A DNA stretch of 64,000 nt from an uncultured Solirubrobacterales bacterium (GTDB lineage: Bacteria; Actinomycetota; Thermoleophilia; Solirubrobacterales; 70-9). This document shows positions 10,471-19,184 of this stretch, one piece after another. The stretch covers positions 41,709 through 105,708 of the forward strand of contig CAVTCA010000022.1 of the NCBI GenBank assembly GCA_963733075.1, given 5' to 3'. The translations under genes and the position numbers were made by a program. Numbering within the stretch: the stretch's first letter is position 1; every line of letters begins with the position of its first letter. Below the pieces are notes generated by a model that was not told the DNA's origin, searched no databases, and saw only the letters and a list, made by a program, of their open reading frames with translations.

Positions 10471-10499
10471 TTGACTCGACGCGGAACCTGCTGTAGAGC
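10471..10499 (+). promoter_or_regulatory. candidate sigma-70-type promoter for the S8 protease gene
   Basis: TTGACT (10471-10476), a 17-nt spacer, then TAGAGC (10494-10499). The -10 element is imperfect. If real, translation more likely starts at TTG 10523, preceded by GGGAG. Confidence 0.3.
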
Positions 10500-10504
10500 T
10501 TTGG

Positions 10505-12871
10505 TTGGTGGGAGCGAGTCGGTTGAAGTCGCTCGTGGGGAGCGTGGCGATAGCCGCGGCAGCCGCCGCGCCGCCGGCGGTCGCCGCGGTCTCACCGTTT
10601 GCGCCCGATCCTGAGAGCCCGCTGTCGAGCCGCCTCCAGCAGCTCGCCCGTGACGACCTGAGCTCGGCGCCCGCACCGGAACAGGCCGAGGCGATCGGGC
10701 TCCCGGCGCGCGGAGCCGGGAGCCTGCTGCGAGCCCGCGAGGGGATCCTGGTCGAGGTCAGGGTCGCCGGCCGCACCCGCGAGCGGGTGGCGCCGCTGGC
10801 CGACGCCGGAGCCGACGTGGTCGAGGTCAGCCCCGAGTACCGGGTGATCACGGCGGCGGTCGCCGAGGACGACCTGCGCGCGCTCGCCGCCGGGCCGGGC
10901 GTGGTCGCGATCACCGAAGTACAGACGCCGATCACGAGCGGCGCCGCCGACGACGCGACGAGCGCGATCAACACCTGTACCGGCTCGGTGGTCAGCGAGG
11001 GCGACGGGCAACTGAGGACGGCGATCGCCCGGGCGCAGTACAACGTCGACGGCGCCGGAGTCGAGGTCGGGGTGCTCTCGGACTCCTTCAACGCCCGCGG
11101 CGGCGCCGCGAGCGGGGTCGCAACCGCCGACCTGCCCGGGCCCGGGAACCCCTGCGGGCGCACGACTCCGGTCCTGGTGCTCCAGGACAGGCAGCTCTGC
11201 GAGCCACCGGCGGGCAATGTGTGCAGCGACGAGGGGCGGGCGATGGTCGAGCTCGTCCACGACCTCGCCCCGGGGGCCGACCTCGCCTTCGCGACAGCGT
11301 TCGGCGGCGAGTTCGGGATGGCCGCCAACATCGAGGCGATGGCCCAGGCGGGCGCGGACGTGATCGTCGATGACGTCACGTACTTCGCCGAACCGATGTT
11401 CCAGGATGGCCCGATCGCGGTCGCGGTCGACCACGTGACCGCCCAGGGCGTGGCCTACTACTCCTCGGCGGGCAACACGAACGCCACCAGCGAAGCCAAC
11501 CGGATCGCCTCCTGGGAGACGCCCAGCTTTCGCGACGGCGGTGCGTGTCCCGCCGGCGTCCCCGGGGCGAGCTGCCTCGACTTCGACCCCGGCCCCGGCG
11601 TTGACACCGCCTTCCACATCGCCGTCAAGGCAGGCCGAACGGTGAACTTGGATCTGCAGTGGGCGGAGCCCCGGGGCGGCGTCACCACCAACCTCGACGT
11701 TTACGCACAGGAGGGTGGGGCGATCACCGATTCCTCCACCAACGTCAACTCAACCACTCAACTCCCCTTCGAGTTCGTCAGCCTCGCGAACAGCACCGGC
11801 GTAACCAAGACGTTCAACGTCTCGATCAACCGGGCCTCGGCCGCCGGTACGCCCCGGGTCAAGTTCGTGCTCTTCGGCGGGCCCACGCGGATCGAATCCA
11901 CCGAGTACCAGACGGGTGTCGGCGGCGACGTCGTCGGGCCCACGATCTTCGGCCACAACGGAGCCGCCAACGCGACGAGCACGGCCGCCGTCCCGTACAC
12001 CGACGGCGCCGCGGTCGAGCCGTTCTCCTCGCGGGGACCGGTGACCCTCTACTTCGACTCGGTCGAGGCCGGCTTCCCGGCGCCCCCGCTGCCGGCGCCC
12101 CAGGTGCTCGCGAAGCCCGACATCTCGGCCACCGACGGCGGGCAGACGACCTTCTTCGGCAACTCCTTTCCGGGCGGCATCTTCCGCTTCTTCGGCACCT
12201 CCGCGGCGGCGCCCCACGCCGCCGCCGTCGCGGCGCTGCAGCTCGACGCGAACCCGGCCCAGAGCGTGGCCCAGGTCAGGACCGCGCAGACGTCGACGGC
12301 GCAACCGGTCGGCGGCTTCGACCCGACGGCGGCCGGCGCCGGTCTCGTCGACGCGCTCGGCGCCGTGGCCGCGAACCCTCCCGGCCCTCCCGGCGTCGCG
12401 GTCCCACAGCTTGTCACCCGCGATCGCACGCCGGAGATCTCGTTCATCGTCAGCGGCGATGCCAAGACCGTTGCCTGCGCCCTTGACGGCGGCGCGCCGC
12501 GGCCCTGCGACTCGCCCTTCATCCCGACCTCCGACCTCGCCGACGGCCAGCACACCCTGACCGTCAGCGCGACCGACTACTTCGGCCAGGCCGGGAGCGG
12601 CTCAGGCACGATCGAGGTCGACACGACGAAGCCGAAGGTCAAGCTGAAGCGCAAGCCCGGCAAGCGGACGCGCAAGCGGAAGGCCAGGTTCAAGCTCTCG
12701 AGCGAGCCCGGGGCGAGCCTGACCTGCGCGCTCGACCGCAAGCAGCCGAAGGGCTGCGGCGGAAAGGTCAAGTACAGGGTCGGAGTGGGCAAGCACAGGT
12801 TCGTCGCCACGGCGACCGACGCGGCCGGGAACGTCGGGCGGACGACCTACAAGTGGCGGGTGCGGCGCTGA
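10505..12871 (+). CDS. secreted subtilisin-like serine protease (peptidase S8 family) with two C-terminal repeat modules
   Basis: Intact 788-aa ORF with an Ala-rich signal peptide. It has an Asp block GVEVGVLSDSF, a His block MVELVHDLAPGA and a Ser block FFGTSAAAPHAAAVAAL. The C-terminus carries two similar modules, (T/S)xxCALD...C...H(T/R)(L/F)...ATD..G, separated by a Lys/Arg-rich linker. Confidence 0.8.
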   Translation: MVGASRLKSLVGSVAIAAAAAAPPAVAAVSPFAPDPESPLSSRLQQLARDDLSSAPAPEQAEAIGLPARGAGSLLRAREGILVEVRVAGRTRERVAPLADAGADVVEVSPEYRVITAAVAEDDLRALAAGPGVVAITEVQTPITSGAADDATSAINTCTGSVVSEGDGQLRTAIARAQYNVDGAGVEVGVLSDSFNARGGAASGVATADLPGPGNPCGRTTPVLVLQDRQLCEPPAGNVCSDEGRAMVELVHDLAPGADLAFATAFGGEFGMAANIEAMAQAGADVIVDDVTYFAEPMFQDGPIAVAVDHVTAQGVAYYSSAGNTNATSEANRIASWETPSFRDGGACPAGVPGASCLDFDPGPGVDTAFHIAVKAGRTVNLDLQWAEPRGGVTTNLDVYAQEGGAITDSSTNVNSTTQLPFEFVSLANSTGVTKTFNVSINRASAAGTPRVKFVLFGGPTRIESTEYQTGVGGDVVGPTIFGHNGAANATSTAAVPYTDGAAVEPFSSRGPVTLYFDSVEAGFPAPPLPAPQVLAKPDISATDGGQTTFFGNSFPGGIFRFFGTSAAAPHAAAVAALQLDANPAQSVAQVRTAQTSTAQPVGGFDPTAAGAGLVDALGAVAANPPGPPGVAVPQLVTRDRTPEISFIVSGDAKTVACALDGGAPRPCDSPFIPTSDLADGQHTLTVSATDYFGQAGSGSGTIEVDTTKPKVKLKRKPGKRTRKRKARFKLSSEPGASLTCALDRKQPKGCGGKVKYRVGVGKHRFVATATDAAGNVGRTTYKWRVRR

Positions 12872-12885
12872 GCGACGCTCAGCGC
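12865..12885. terminator. inverted repeat spanning both convergent stop codons (possible bidirectional terminator)
   Basis: GCGCTGAGCG-A-CGCTCAGCGC contains the TGA of the protease gene (12869-12871) and the stop of the ligase gene (12879-12881). Confidence 0.3.
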
Positions 12886-14057
12886 GCGACGCGCTCGGGA
12901 ACGTACGTGCGGCGCGTCTCGTCGAGCGACTCGCGGTAGACGTCGACGAGGGTCGCGCCCTCGGCGACCCGCCGCCGCGCGCGCTGGGCGCCGTTCTCGC
13001 CGGGCAGCTCGAGCTCGAGCTCGAGCGCCGCCCGCGCCGGCTCGACCCACTCGAGCAGGCGCTCGAGCGCCTCCCTGGTCTCGATCGCCACACGCCGCTC
13101 GAAGTCGAGCTGGCTGCCCTCGAGGCCGTGGCGGATCGCCTGCCAGAGGTTCTCCTCGATCTCGCGCTGGCGCAGCGGCGCCGCCAGGGCCCGCCGGTCG
13201 TAGTCCAGCGCCGACTGGGCGATGCAGGCGGTGATCAGCGCGGCGAGGCGGAAGCTCTCGTCGCCGCGCGTCTGGGCATCGCAGATCCGCAGCTCGACGG
13301 TCCCGAAAGCGTGGTGCGGGCGAACGCTCCACCAGAGCTGCGTCGACTCGACCACGCGGCCGGTGGCCGCCAGCAGGTCGATGAACTCGGCGTAGGTCGC
13401 CCAGTCGCCGAACGGCTCCGGCACCCCGCAGCGCGGGAACGTGCGGGTGAAGATCTCGGTCCGGACCGAGTGCAGCCCGGTGTCCTGACCGTCCAGGAAC
13501 GGCGAGTTCGCCGAGAGCGCCAGCAGCGGCGGCAGCAAGCCGCGCAGGTGGTCGCAGACGGCGATCGCCCGGTCCGCCCCGCGGATGCCGACGTGCACGT
13601 GCAGGCTCCAGGTGTTGTTGCGCTGCGCGACCCAGCGCAGCTCCTCGCGCAGCCGGGCGTAGTGCTCGGTGTCGATGATCCGCTGGTCGAGGTAGCTCGC
13701 CCACGGGTGGGTGCCCGTGGCGGCGAGGCCGATCCCGAGCCGCTCGGCGCGGTCGAACAGCCGCCGGCGGCGCTCGGCCTGCAGCGCGATCGCCTCGGCG
13801 AAGCTCTCGGCCCGCCCCGAGCGGATCTCGATCTCGGTGTCGATCAGCTCGCCGGCGACCGATTCGGCGAGCAGCTCGTCCTCCATGCACGCCGCCTCGA
13901 GCTCCTCGAACCTGTGCACGAGCTCGAGGCTGTCGGGATCGACGAGGGCGAACTCCTCCTCGAGCCCGATCGTGAAGTCCTGCGAGCTCTCGAACGCCGC
14001 GCGCGCGTGCTCGAGGTCGAGACTGCGTGAGCGCTCGGTCCCGCTCGCCGTCATCAC
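12879..14057 (-). CDS. carboxylate-amine ligase, YbdK / glutamate-cysteine ligase family 2 (GCS2)
   Basis: Intact 392-aa ORF: FTIGLEEEFALVD...TEIEIRSG...ATGTHPW...LHVHVGI...ALSANSPF...WWSVRPHHAFGTVELRICD. Confidence 0.85.
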   Translation of the reverse strand: MMTASGTERSRSLDLEHARAAFESSQDFTIGLEEEFALVDPDSLELVHRFEELEAACMEDELLAESVAGELIDTEIEIRSGRAESFAEAIALQAERRRRLFDRAERLGIGLAATGTHPWASYLDQRIIDTEHYARLREELRWVAQRNNTWSLHVHVGIRGADRAIAVCDHLRGLLPPLLALSANSPFLDGQDTGLHSVRTEIFTRTFPRCGVPEPFGDWATYAEFIDLLAATGRVVESTQLWWSVRPHHAFGTVELRICDAQTRGDESFRLAALITACIAQSALDYDRRALAAPLRQREIEENLWQAIRHGLEGSQLDFERRVAIETREALERLLEWVEPARAALELELELPGENGAQRARRRVAEGATLVDVYRESLDETRRTYVPERVAR

Positions 14058-14061
14058 TTGT

Positions 14062-14757
14062 CTAGGCCAGATAGAAGTAGAGGGCGTAGAGGAGGTCGAC
14101 GGCGGGGCTGGACGTGTGGACGGTGACCTCCGGCGGCACCTGGAGGAGCTGCTCGGAGTAGTTGAAGATGATCTTCACGCCCGCTTCGACGAGCATGTCG
14201 GCGACCTCCTGGGCGGCGTTCGCTGGCACGGCCAGGACTCCGACCACCACCTCCTCCTCGCTGACCACCTGCCCCAGGTCCGCGAGCGCGCGCACCGGGA
14301 CGCCGCCGTGCTCGGCCCCGACGAGCTCCTGGTCGGCGTCGAAGATCGCGACGATCCGGAACCCGTGGTCGGCGAAGATGTCGGAGCTGGCGATCGCCTG
14401 GCCGAGGTTGCCGGCGCCGAAGAGGGCGATGTTGTGCTGGCCCGAGGTGTGCAGGATCTTGCGGATCTCGCCGACGAGCGAGTCGACGCGGTAGCCGACG
14501 CCGCGCTTGCCGAACTTGCCGAACCCGGAGAGGTCGCGCCGGATCTGGGTCGAGTTGATGTGGGTGTACTCGGCCAGCTCCTGCGAGGAGATCGTCTCGC
14601 GGCCCATCTTCCGCGCCTGGATCAGCACCTGGAGATAGCGCGAGAGCCGCGCCGCGACACCGAGCGAGAGGCGCTCGCCGTCGCCCAGCGGCTGCTCCTG
14701 CGAGTCCGTCGCGGCACCGTTGGCGACGTGGGTGTCGCGGAGCTTCGGATCGGTCAC
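14062..14757 (-). CDS. rex: redox-sensing transcriptional repressor Rex
   Basis: RLSRYLQVLIQARKMGRETISSQELAEYTHINSTQIRRDLSGFGKFGKRGVGYRVDSLVGEIRKIL (winged helix) followed by the Rossmann block IALFGAGNLGQAI...VGVLAVPANAAQEVADMLVEAGVKIIFNY. As sequenced, the ORF continues in frame up to 15000. GTG 14757 is the likely true start (see findings). Confidence 0.85.
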   Translation of the reverse strand: MTDPKLRDTHVANGAATDSQEQPLGDGERLSLGVAARLSRYLQVLIQARKMGRETISSQELAEYTHINSTQIRRDLSGFGKFGKRGVGYRVDSLVGEIRKILHTSGQHNIALFGAGNLGQAIASSDIFADHGFRIVAIFDADQELVGAEHGGVPVRALADLGQVVSEEEVVVGVLAVPANAAQEVADMLVEAGVKIIFNYSEQLLQVPPEVTVHTSSPAVDLLYALYFYLA

Positions 14758-15000
14758 GGCGAGACAGTATGAAGCGCCGCGCGAGAACGCGTCGCGGTCG
14801 AACTCGAGCTCGCTGACCGCCACGCCCCCGATCTCGACCACGGGGATCCGCTCCAGCATCGCGGCGAACAGACGATCGTCGGCCTCGATGTCGACCTCGC
14901 GCAGCGCGACCCCGTCGAAGGCGAGGATCTGCACCCGTGCCTGGTCGCACAGGTGGCACCCCGGGCGGCCGTAGAGGATCACCTCGGTGCTCCGCCTCAC
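14754..15000 (-). CDS. glutaredoxin-like protein (DUF836 / Glutaredoxin_2-type, CxxC), read in frame with rex as sequenced
   Basis: VILYGRPGCHLCDQARVQILAFDGVALREVDIEADDRLFAAMLERIPVVEIGG...ELEFDRDAF. The likely start is GTG 14982, preceded by GGAG. A +1 frame gives ...RAALHTVSP-TGA, whose stop (14754-14756) overlaps GTG 14757 as a GTGA junction. Confidence 0.6.
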
Positions 15001-15104
15001 AGCAGGCGCCTCAACGGCGGCGCGGCTCGGCTTCGCCGTCGCGCCTCACAGCAGGCGCCTCAACGGCGGCGCGGCTCGGCTTCGCTTCGCTCCGCCTCAC
15101 AGCG
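14989..15104. repeat. tandem direct repeat, about 49-51 nt unit, about 2.3 copies, in the tsaD/grx-rex intergenic region
   Basis: GCCTCACAGCAGGCGCCTCAACGGCGGCGCGGCTCGGCTTCG occurs at 14994 and again at 15043, and a third partial unit starts at 15094. Each unit contains a GCGCCT-CACAGC-AGGCGC hairpin. The last unit carries the tsaD stop codon. Confidence 0.85.
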
Positions 15105-16110
15105 AGTCCCAGCCCAGGTAGCCGGGGTAGGCCACGGGCTGGAGGAAGCGGGCGGCCATGGCGATCATCGCGGCGTTGTCGGTGCAGAGCTCGGGGGCGA
15201 CCAGCTTCAGCGCCAGGCCCTCGGCCTCGCAGAGCTCGCCGACCCGCTCGCGCAGGAGGGAGTTCGCCGCGACGCCACCCCCGAGGGCCACCGATCGCCA
15301 CGCGTCGGCGGCGCTGCGGCGCCGGCGGCTGCCGCCCCGCGCGGCGCGCCGCAGCTTCGCCACGAGCTGGTCGACGACCGCCGCCTGAAAGCTCGCTGCG
15401 AGGTCGGCGCGGCGGTCGTGCGCGGCCTCCGGCCCGAGCTCGCGGACGACGTAGAGCAGGGCGGTCTTCAGTCCGCTGAAGCTGAAGTCGAGGCTCGGGT
15501 CGTCGGACATTGCAACCGGGAAACGGAATGCGCGGGGGTCGCCGCTCGCCGCCTCGCGCTCGATCGCCGGGCCGCCCGGGTACCCGAGGTCGAGCAGGCG
15601 GGCGGCCTTGTCGAGCGCTTCGCCCGCCGCGTCGTCGAGCGTCTGACCGAGCACCCGATACGAGTCGTGAGCCGTGACCCCGGCGAGCAGCGTGTGCCCG
15701 CCGCTCGCCACCAGGCAGAGGAACGGCGGCTCGATCGGATCCGGTTCGAGGAAGTTGGCGGCGACGTGCCCGTGCAGGTGATCGACACCGCAGAGCGGCT
15801 TGCCGGCCGCCGACGCAAGCGCCTTCGCCGTGCTGATCCCCACCAGGAGGGCGCCGATCAGCCCGGGCCCCCGGGTGACGGCAAGCGAGTCCAGCTCATC
15901 CAGCTCGACCTCCGCGTCGGCCATGGCCGCCCCGACCACGGCGTTGACCAGCTCGAGGTGGTGGCGGGAGGCGACCTCCGGGACGATGCCCCCGAAGCGC
16001 TCGTGCGCCGCCGCCTGCGAGGAGATCACGTTCGAGCGGATCGTCGCGTCGTCGACGACCGCAGCGCAGGTGTCGTCGCAGGAGGTCTCGAGCGCGAGGA
16101 TGACGCTCAA
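15097..16110 (-). CDS. tsaD: tRNA N6-adenosine threonylcarbamoyltransferase TsaD
   Basis: LSVILALETSCDDTCAAVV...HERFGGIVPEVASRHH...GPGLIGALLVG...VDHLHGH...GGGVAANSLLR. The ORF extends to GTG 16143, but TTG 16110 forms a TTGA overlap with the rimI stop and gives the canonical N-terminus. Confidence 0.9.
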   Translation of the reverse strand: MSVILALETSCDDTCAAVVDDATIRSNVISSQAAAHERFGGIVPEVASRHHLELVNAVVGAAMADAEVELDELDSLAVTRGPGLIGALLVGISTAKALASAAGKPLCGVDHLHGHVAANFLEPDPIEPPFLCLVASGGHTLLAGVTAHDSYRVLGQTLDDAAGEALDKAARLLDLGYPGGPAIEREAASGDPRAFRFPVAMSDDPSLDFSFSGLKTALLYVVRELGPEAAHDRRADLAASFQAAVVDQLVAKLRRAARGGSRRRRSAADAWRSVALGGGVAANSLLRERVGELCEAEGLALKLVAPELCTDNAAMIAMAARFLQPVAYPGYLGWDSL

Positions 16111-16610
16111 GCCGGTGCCGTGGCCGGCGCCTGCTCGAGCCACATGATCAGAGCGTCCTCACCGTTGTCGTGGTAGTAGCGGCGGCGGTGGCCGGCGGGG
16201 CGGAAGCCGAAGCGCTCGTACATCTCGATTGCGGAGCGGTTCGAGGTCCGGACCTCGAGGGTGAACCGGGCGGCGGGCCCCGCGGCGTCGAACAGCCGCT
16301 CCATCAGCTCGGTGGCGATCCCCTCGCGCCGGCGCTCGGGGACGACGGCGATGTTCATCAGGTGCCACACGTCGGCGTAGCGCGAGCAGATCAGGTAGCC
16401 GGCGAGGCCGCCGCCGCGCTCGTCGGCGACCCCGAGGCAGATCCCCGACGGCTTCGACAGCTCGAGCACGAACATCGCCAGCGACCACGGGGTCTGGAAC
16501 GAGCGTCGCTCGATCGACAGCACGGCCGGCAGGTCGCCGTAGACGAGGCGGCGAACCGGCACGCCGGCGACGGAGTCAGCCGGGCCCTGGATTGCGATCT
16601 CGTTGCTCAC
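16107..16610 (-). CDS. rimI: ribosomal-protein-alanine N-acetyltransferase RimI (GNAT)
   Basis: LPAVLSIERRSFQTPWS...NIAVVPERRREGIATELMERL...LEVRTSNRSAIEMYERFGF. The alternative start GTG 16562 would avoid overlap with tsaB. Confidence 0.85.
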   Translation of the reverse strand: MSNEIAIQGPADSVAGVPVRRLVYGDLPAVLSIERRSFQTPWSLAMFVLELSKPSGICLGVADERGGGLAGYLICSRYADVWHLMNIAVVPERRREGIATELMERLFDAAGPAARFTLEVRTSNRSAIEMYERFGFRPAGHRRRYYHDNGEDALIMWLEQAPATAPA

Positions 16611-17316
16611 GCCACACCTCTGCGTCTGGTCTTCTCAGGTAAGCCGGTTTGACGTCCGTCGGCAACCCCGGCTCGACACCGGCGGCCAGCGCGCAGATGT
16701 GCCGGGCCGCGATCCGGTGGGCCGGGTCCGCGTCGGGGAGCACCTCCACGCCCGCGGACTCGAGTTGCTGACGAAAGCGTAGCGAGCCGTCCCCCGCCGC
16801 CAACGGGACGGGCCGGTGGCCCCTGAGCCGGTCGGCGAGCGCCTCGGGGCCGATCACGAACGGCTCCAGGAGCGCGTCGCCCGAGCGATCGAAGAGCGCG
16901 GCGAAGAGCTCCCCGCGCCGGGCGTCGATCAACGCGAGGGCGGAGCGATCGTCGTCTCGCTCGGCGATCCCCCGTGCCAGTGCCGCGAGCGACCCGATCC
17001 CCGCGACCGGGAGCCCCCGGGCCTGGCCGAGCGCCCGGGCGGTCGCGATCCCCACTCGCAGCCCGGTGAACGAGCCCGGGCCGATCCCGACCGCGAGGCT
17101 CTGGATCCGCTCCCAGCCCCCCGCCGCGGCGACGGCGGATTCGATCTCGGCCAGCAGGACCGTACTGTGGCTGGGGCGGCCGCCGGGCTCGGGGCCCACC
17201 CGGCTCTCGCTCACGGCTTCGCCGTCGATCGCGACCGCGACCGCGGCGTCGGAGGTCGCGGTGTCGAAGCCGAGGATCCCCTTGCCGCACCGCTCTCGAG
17301 GCGCCATGTCCCCCAT
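16576..17316 (-). CDS. tsaB: tRNA threonylcarbamoyladenosine biosynthesis protein TsaB
   Basis: ILGFDTATSDAAVAV...SLAVGIGPGSFTGLRVGIATARALG...LIDARRGELF. ATG starts are available at 17316 or 17307. The upstream part of ORF 16576..17652 is low-complexity read-through. Confidence 0.85.
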   Translation of the reverse strand: MGDMAPRERCGKGILGFDTATSDAAVAVAIDGEAVSESRVGPEPGGRPSHSTVLLAEIESAVAAAGGWERIQSLAVGIGPGSFTGLRVGIATARALGQARGLPVAGIGSLAALARGIAERDDDRSALALIDARRGELFAALFDRSGDALLEPFVIGPEALADRLRGHRPVPLAAGDGSLRFRQQLESAGVEVLPDADPAHRIAARHICALAAGVEPGLPTDVKPAYLRRPDAEVWREQRDRNPGPG

Positions 17317-17368
17317 CGCCGTCAGACTAGACGGCGGATGCGGACCAACCACGAGCAGAGGTGAGCAG

Positions 17369-17674
17369 ATGAGCGGACCCCTGACAGGCCGAGCGAAGGC
17401 CGCCCTCGGCATCCTCGCGATCGCGGCCACCGGTGCGGCTTGGTCGGGGTGCGGCGAAGACGACCTCGACCAGGCGACCGACGAGATCAAGGAAACCGGA
17501 GAGCAGATCGAGGAGGACGCCCGGGAGGCCGGCGAGGACATCGCCGACGAGGCACAGCAGGCGGGCGAGGACATCGCCGACGAGGCCGAGCAGCTCGAGG
17601 ACGAGGTGAGCGGCGACGACGACGGGACGACCACCAGCGAGGAGACGACCACCGGCGGCAGTCCCGACTATTAG
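17369..17674 (+). CDS. small acidic putative lipoprotein
   Basis: The ATG is preceded by AGAGGTGAG. MSGPLTGRAKAALGILAIAATGAAWSGCGEDD has a signal peptide and a lipobox-like SGC, followed by an acidic tail with a duplicated AGEDIADEA motif. The stop overlaps the convergent tsaE stop. Confidence 0.55.
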   Translation: MSGPLTGRAKAALGILAIAATGAAWSGCGEDDLDQATDEIKETGEQIEEDAREAGEDIADEAQQAGEDIADEAEQLEDEVSGDDDGTTTSEETTTGGSPDY

Positions 17675-18129
17675 GCCCGCCCGGGCTCGGATGGCACCGC
17701 ATCCGGCGGGCCGACCTCGATCTCGCGCCGGTCGGCGCCCGCGTGGCGCAGGGTGACCCTGAGGGCGAGCCGCACCCCGGCCGCGAGCTCGAGCTCGCCC
17801 GCCCGCTCGGGCCACTCGACGAAGGCGATCGCGTCCGGCGACAGGTAGTCGTCGAGCAGGCCGGGCTCCTCCCCGGTCAGCCCGTCGAGGCGATAGAGGT
17901 CCAGGTGCGAGACCGGGTGACGACCGCGATGGCGGCGCCCGATCGTGAAGGTCGGCGACGCGATCGGGCCGGTGACCCCGAGGGCCCGGCACGCTCCCCG
18001 CACCAGGGTCGTCTTGCCGGCGCCGAGCTCGCCGCCGACGAGGACCACGTCGCCGGGGCGCAGATCGGCGGCGAGCCGCGCTCCGAGCGCCTCGGTCGCC
18101 TCCGGCCCGTCGGAGATCTCGACGCTCAA
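17671..18129 (-). CDS. tsaE: tRNA threonylcarbamoyladenosine biosynthesis ATPase TsaE
   Basis: [45 protein letters not shown]...ASPTFTI...HLDLYRL. TTG 18129 forms a TTGA overlap with the UDG stop. Confidence 0.85.
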   Translation of the reverse strand: MSVEISDGPEATEALGARLAADLRPGDVVLVGGELGAGKTTLVRGACRALGVTGPIASPTFTIGRRHRGRHPVSHLDLYRLDGLTGEEPGLLDDYLSPDAIAFVEWPERAGELELAAGVRLALRVTLRHAGADRREIEVGPPDAVPSEPGRA

Positions 18130-18806
18130 GCGAACAGGTCGAGCTGGCTGTCCGGGTCCCGCCGCGCCTGCTCGCCGCCGGGCTCGTCCTCGGCCGCGTC
18201 CCCGTGCTCGAGCTCGGGCAACGGCTCGGCGATCAGCGCCGGCAGCTTGGCGAAGTCCTCGCGCAGGGCCTCGACCAGCGACGGTGTCCGCAGCGCCGCC
18301 GCCGGATGCAGGAGCGGGAACACGAACACGGTGCGGCCGGCGATCGCGTGCACCTGGGGCGTCCCGCGGACGCGGGTGATCCCGGTCTGGTTGCCGGTGA
18401 TCTTCTTGGTCGCGAAGTTGCCGAGGGTCGCGATCACGCGCGGCTCGATCAGCTGAATCTGACGCTCCAGGTACGGCCAGCAGGCCTCGATCTCGTCCGG
18501 CTGGGGATCGCGGTTGCCCGGCGGCCTCGACTTGAGCACGTTGGCGACGAAGGCGTCCTCGCGCTTCATCCCGATCTCCTCCAGCAGCTGGTTCAGCAAC
18601 TGGCCGGCGCGGCCGACGAACGGGAGCCCCTGCCGGTCCTCCTCGGCGCCCGGGGCCTCGCCGATGAACATCAGCTCGGCGTCGGCGTTGCCGGCGCCGA
18701 ACACCACTTTGGTGCGCTCCGCGTGCAGCGGACAGCGCTCGCACTCCGAGACCTCACGGTAGAGCGCGATCAGCGCCTCGCGCCGCTCCTCCGGCGGGGC
18801 GGTCAT
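18126..18806 (-). CDS. uracil-DNA glycosylase, family 4
   Basis: From ATG 18806: [72 protein letters not shown]...HPAAALR, which includes the Cys cluster and the GEAPG motif. Confidence 0.85.
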   Translation of the reverse strand: MTAPPEERREALIALYREVSECERCPLHAERTKVVFGAGNADAELMFIGEAPGAEEDRQGLPFVGRAGQLLNQLLEEIGMKREDAFVANVLKSRPPGNRDPQPDEIEACWPYLERQIQLIEPRVIATLGNFATKKITGNQTGITRVRGTPQVHAIAGRTVFVFPLLHPAAALRTPSLVEALREDFAKLPALIAEPLPELEHGDAAEDEPGGEQARRDPDSQLDLFA

Positions 18807-19059
18807 GCGTCCCTCGCCCGCTTTCTCCTCTGCCTTGAAGTCGGCCTTCGTGCGCTCGCGAAGCCTCGCGTTGCGCAGCTCCTGGGCGCGCGCGGAGCCG
18901 GGTGATCTGACGAGGCCGAACGGAGCCGCCTGAGCGGAGAGGACGCGCTTGGCCCGCGGGCGCCGCGCAGGCGCGGCACTCGAGCTCCTCCGTGCCGACG
19001 TCGACCAGCGTCTCGAAGCGCTCACCGCAGGCGTCGCAGCGGAACTCGTAGATCGGCAC
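18803..19059 (-). CDS. FmdB-family zinc-ribbon protein; frame-shifted near 18960
   Basis: MPIYEFRCDACGERFETLVDVGTEELECRAC (two CxxC knuckles) in ORF 18754..19059. It then continues as ...RVLSAQAAPFGLVRSPGSARAQE... in the UDG frame. A third frame gives a TGA (18803-18805) that overlaps the UDG ATG. Confidence 0.6.
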
Positions 19060-19184
19060 CCCCGGATCGTATCCCCGCGTGCACTAGAATTCGGCTTCGC
19101 CGCGACCCGTCAGGGCGTGGACGAAACGCCGGCCCGAGGCCGGCAAGAGACTCCGAAAGACTCGACAGCCGTCTGGTATCTCCG

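Noticed and set aside
14989-15104. Tandem repeat as a mini-CRISPR array
   Set aside because: The units are directly adjacent with no unique spacers, there are only 2.3 copies, and there are no cas genes in the window.
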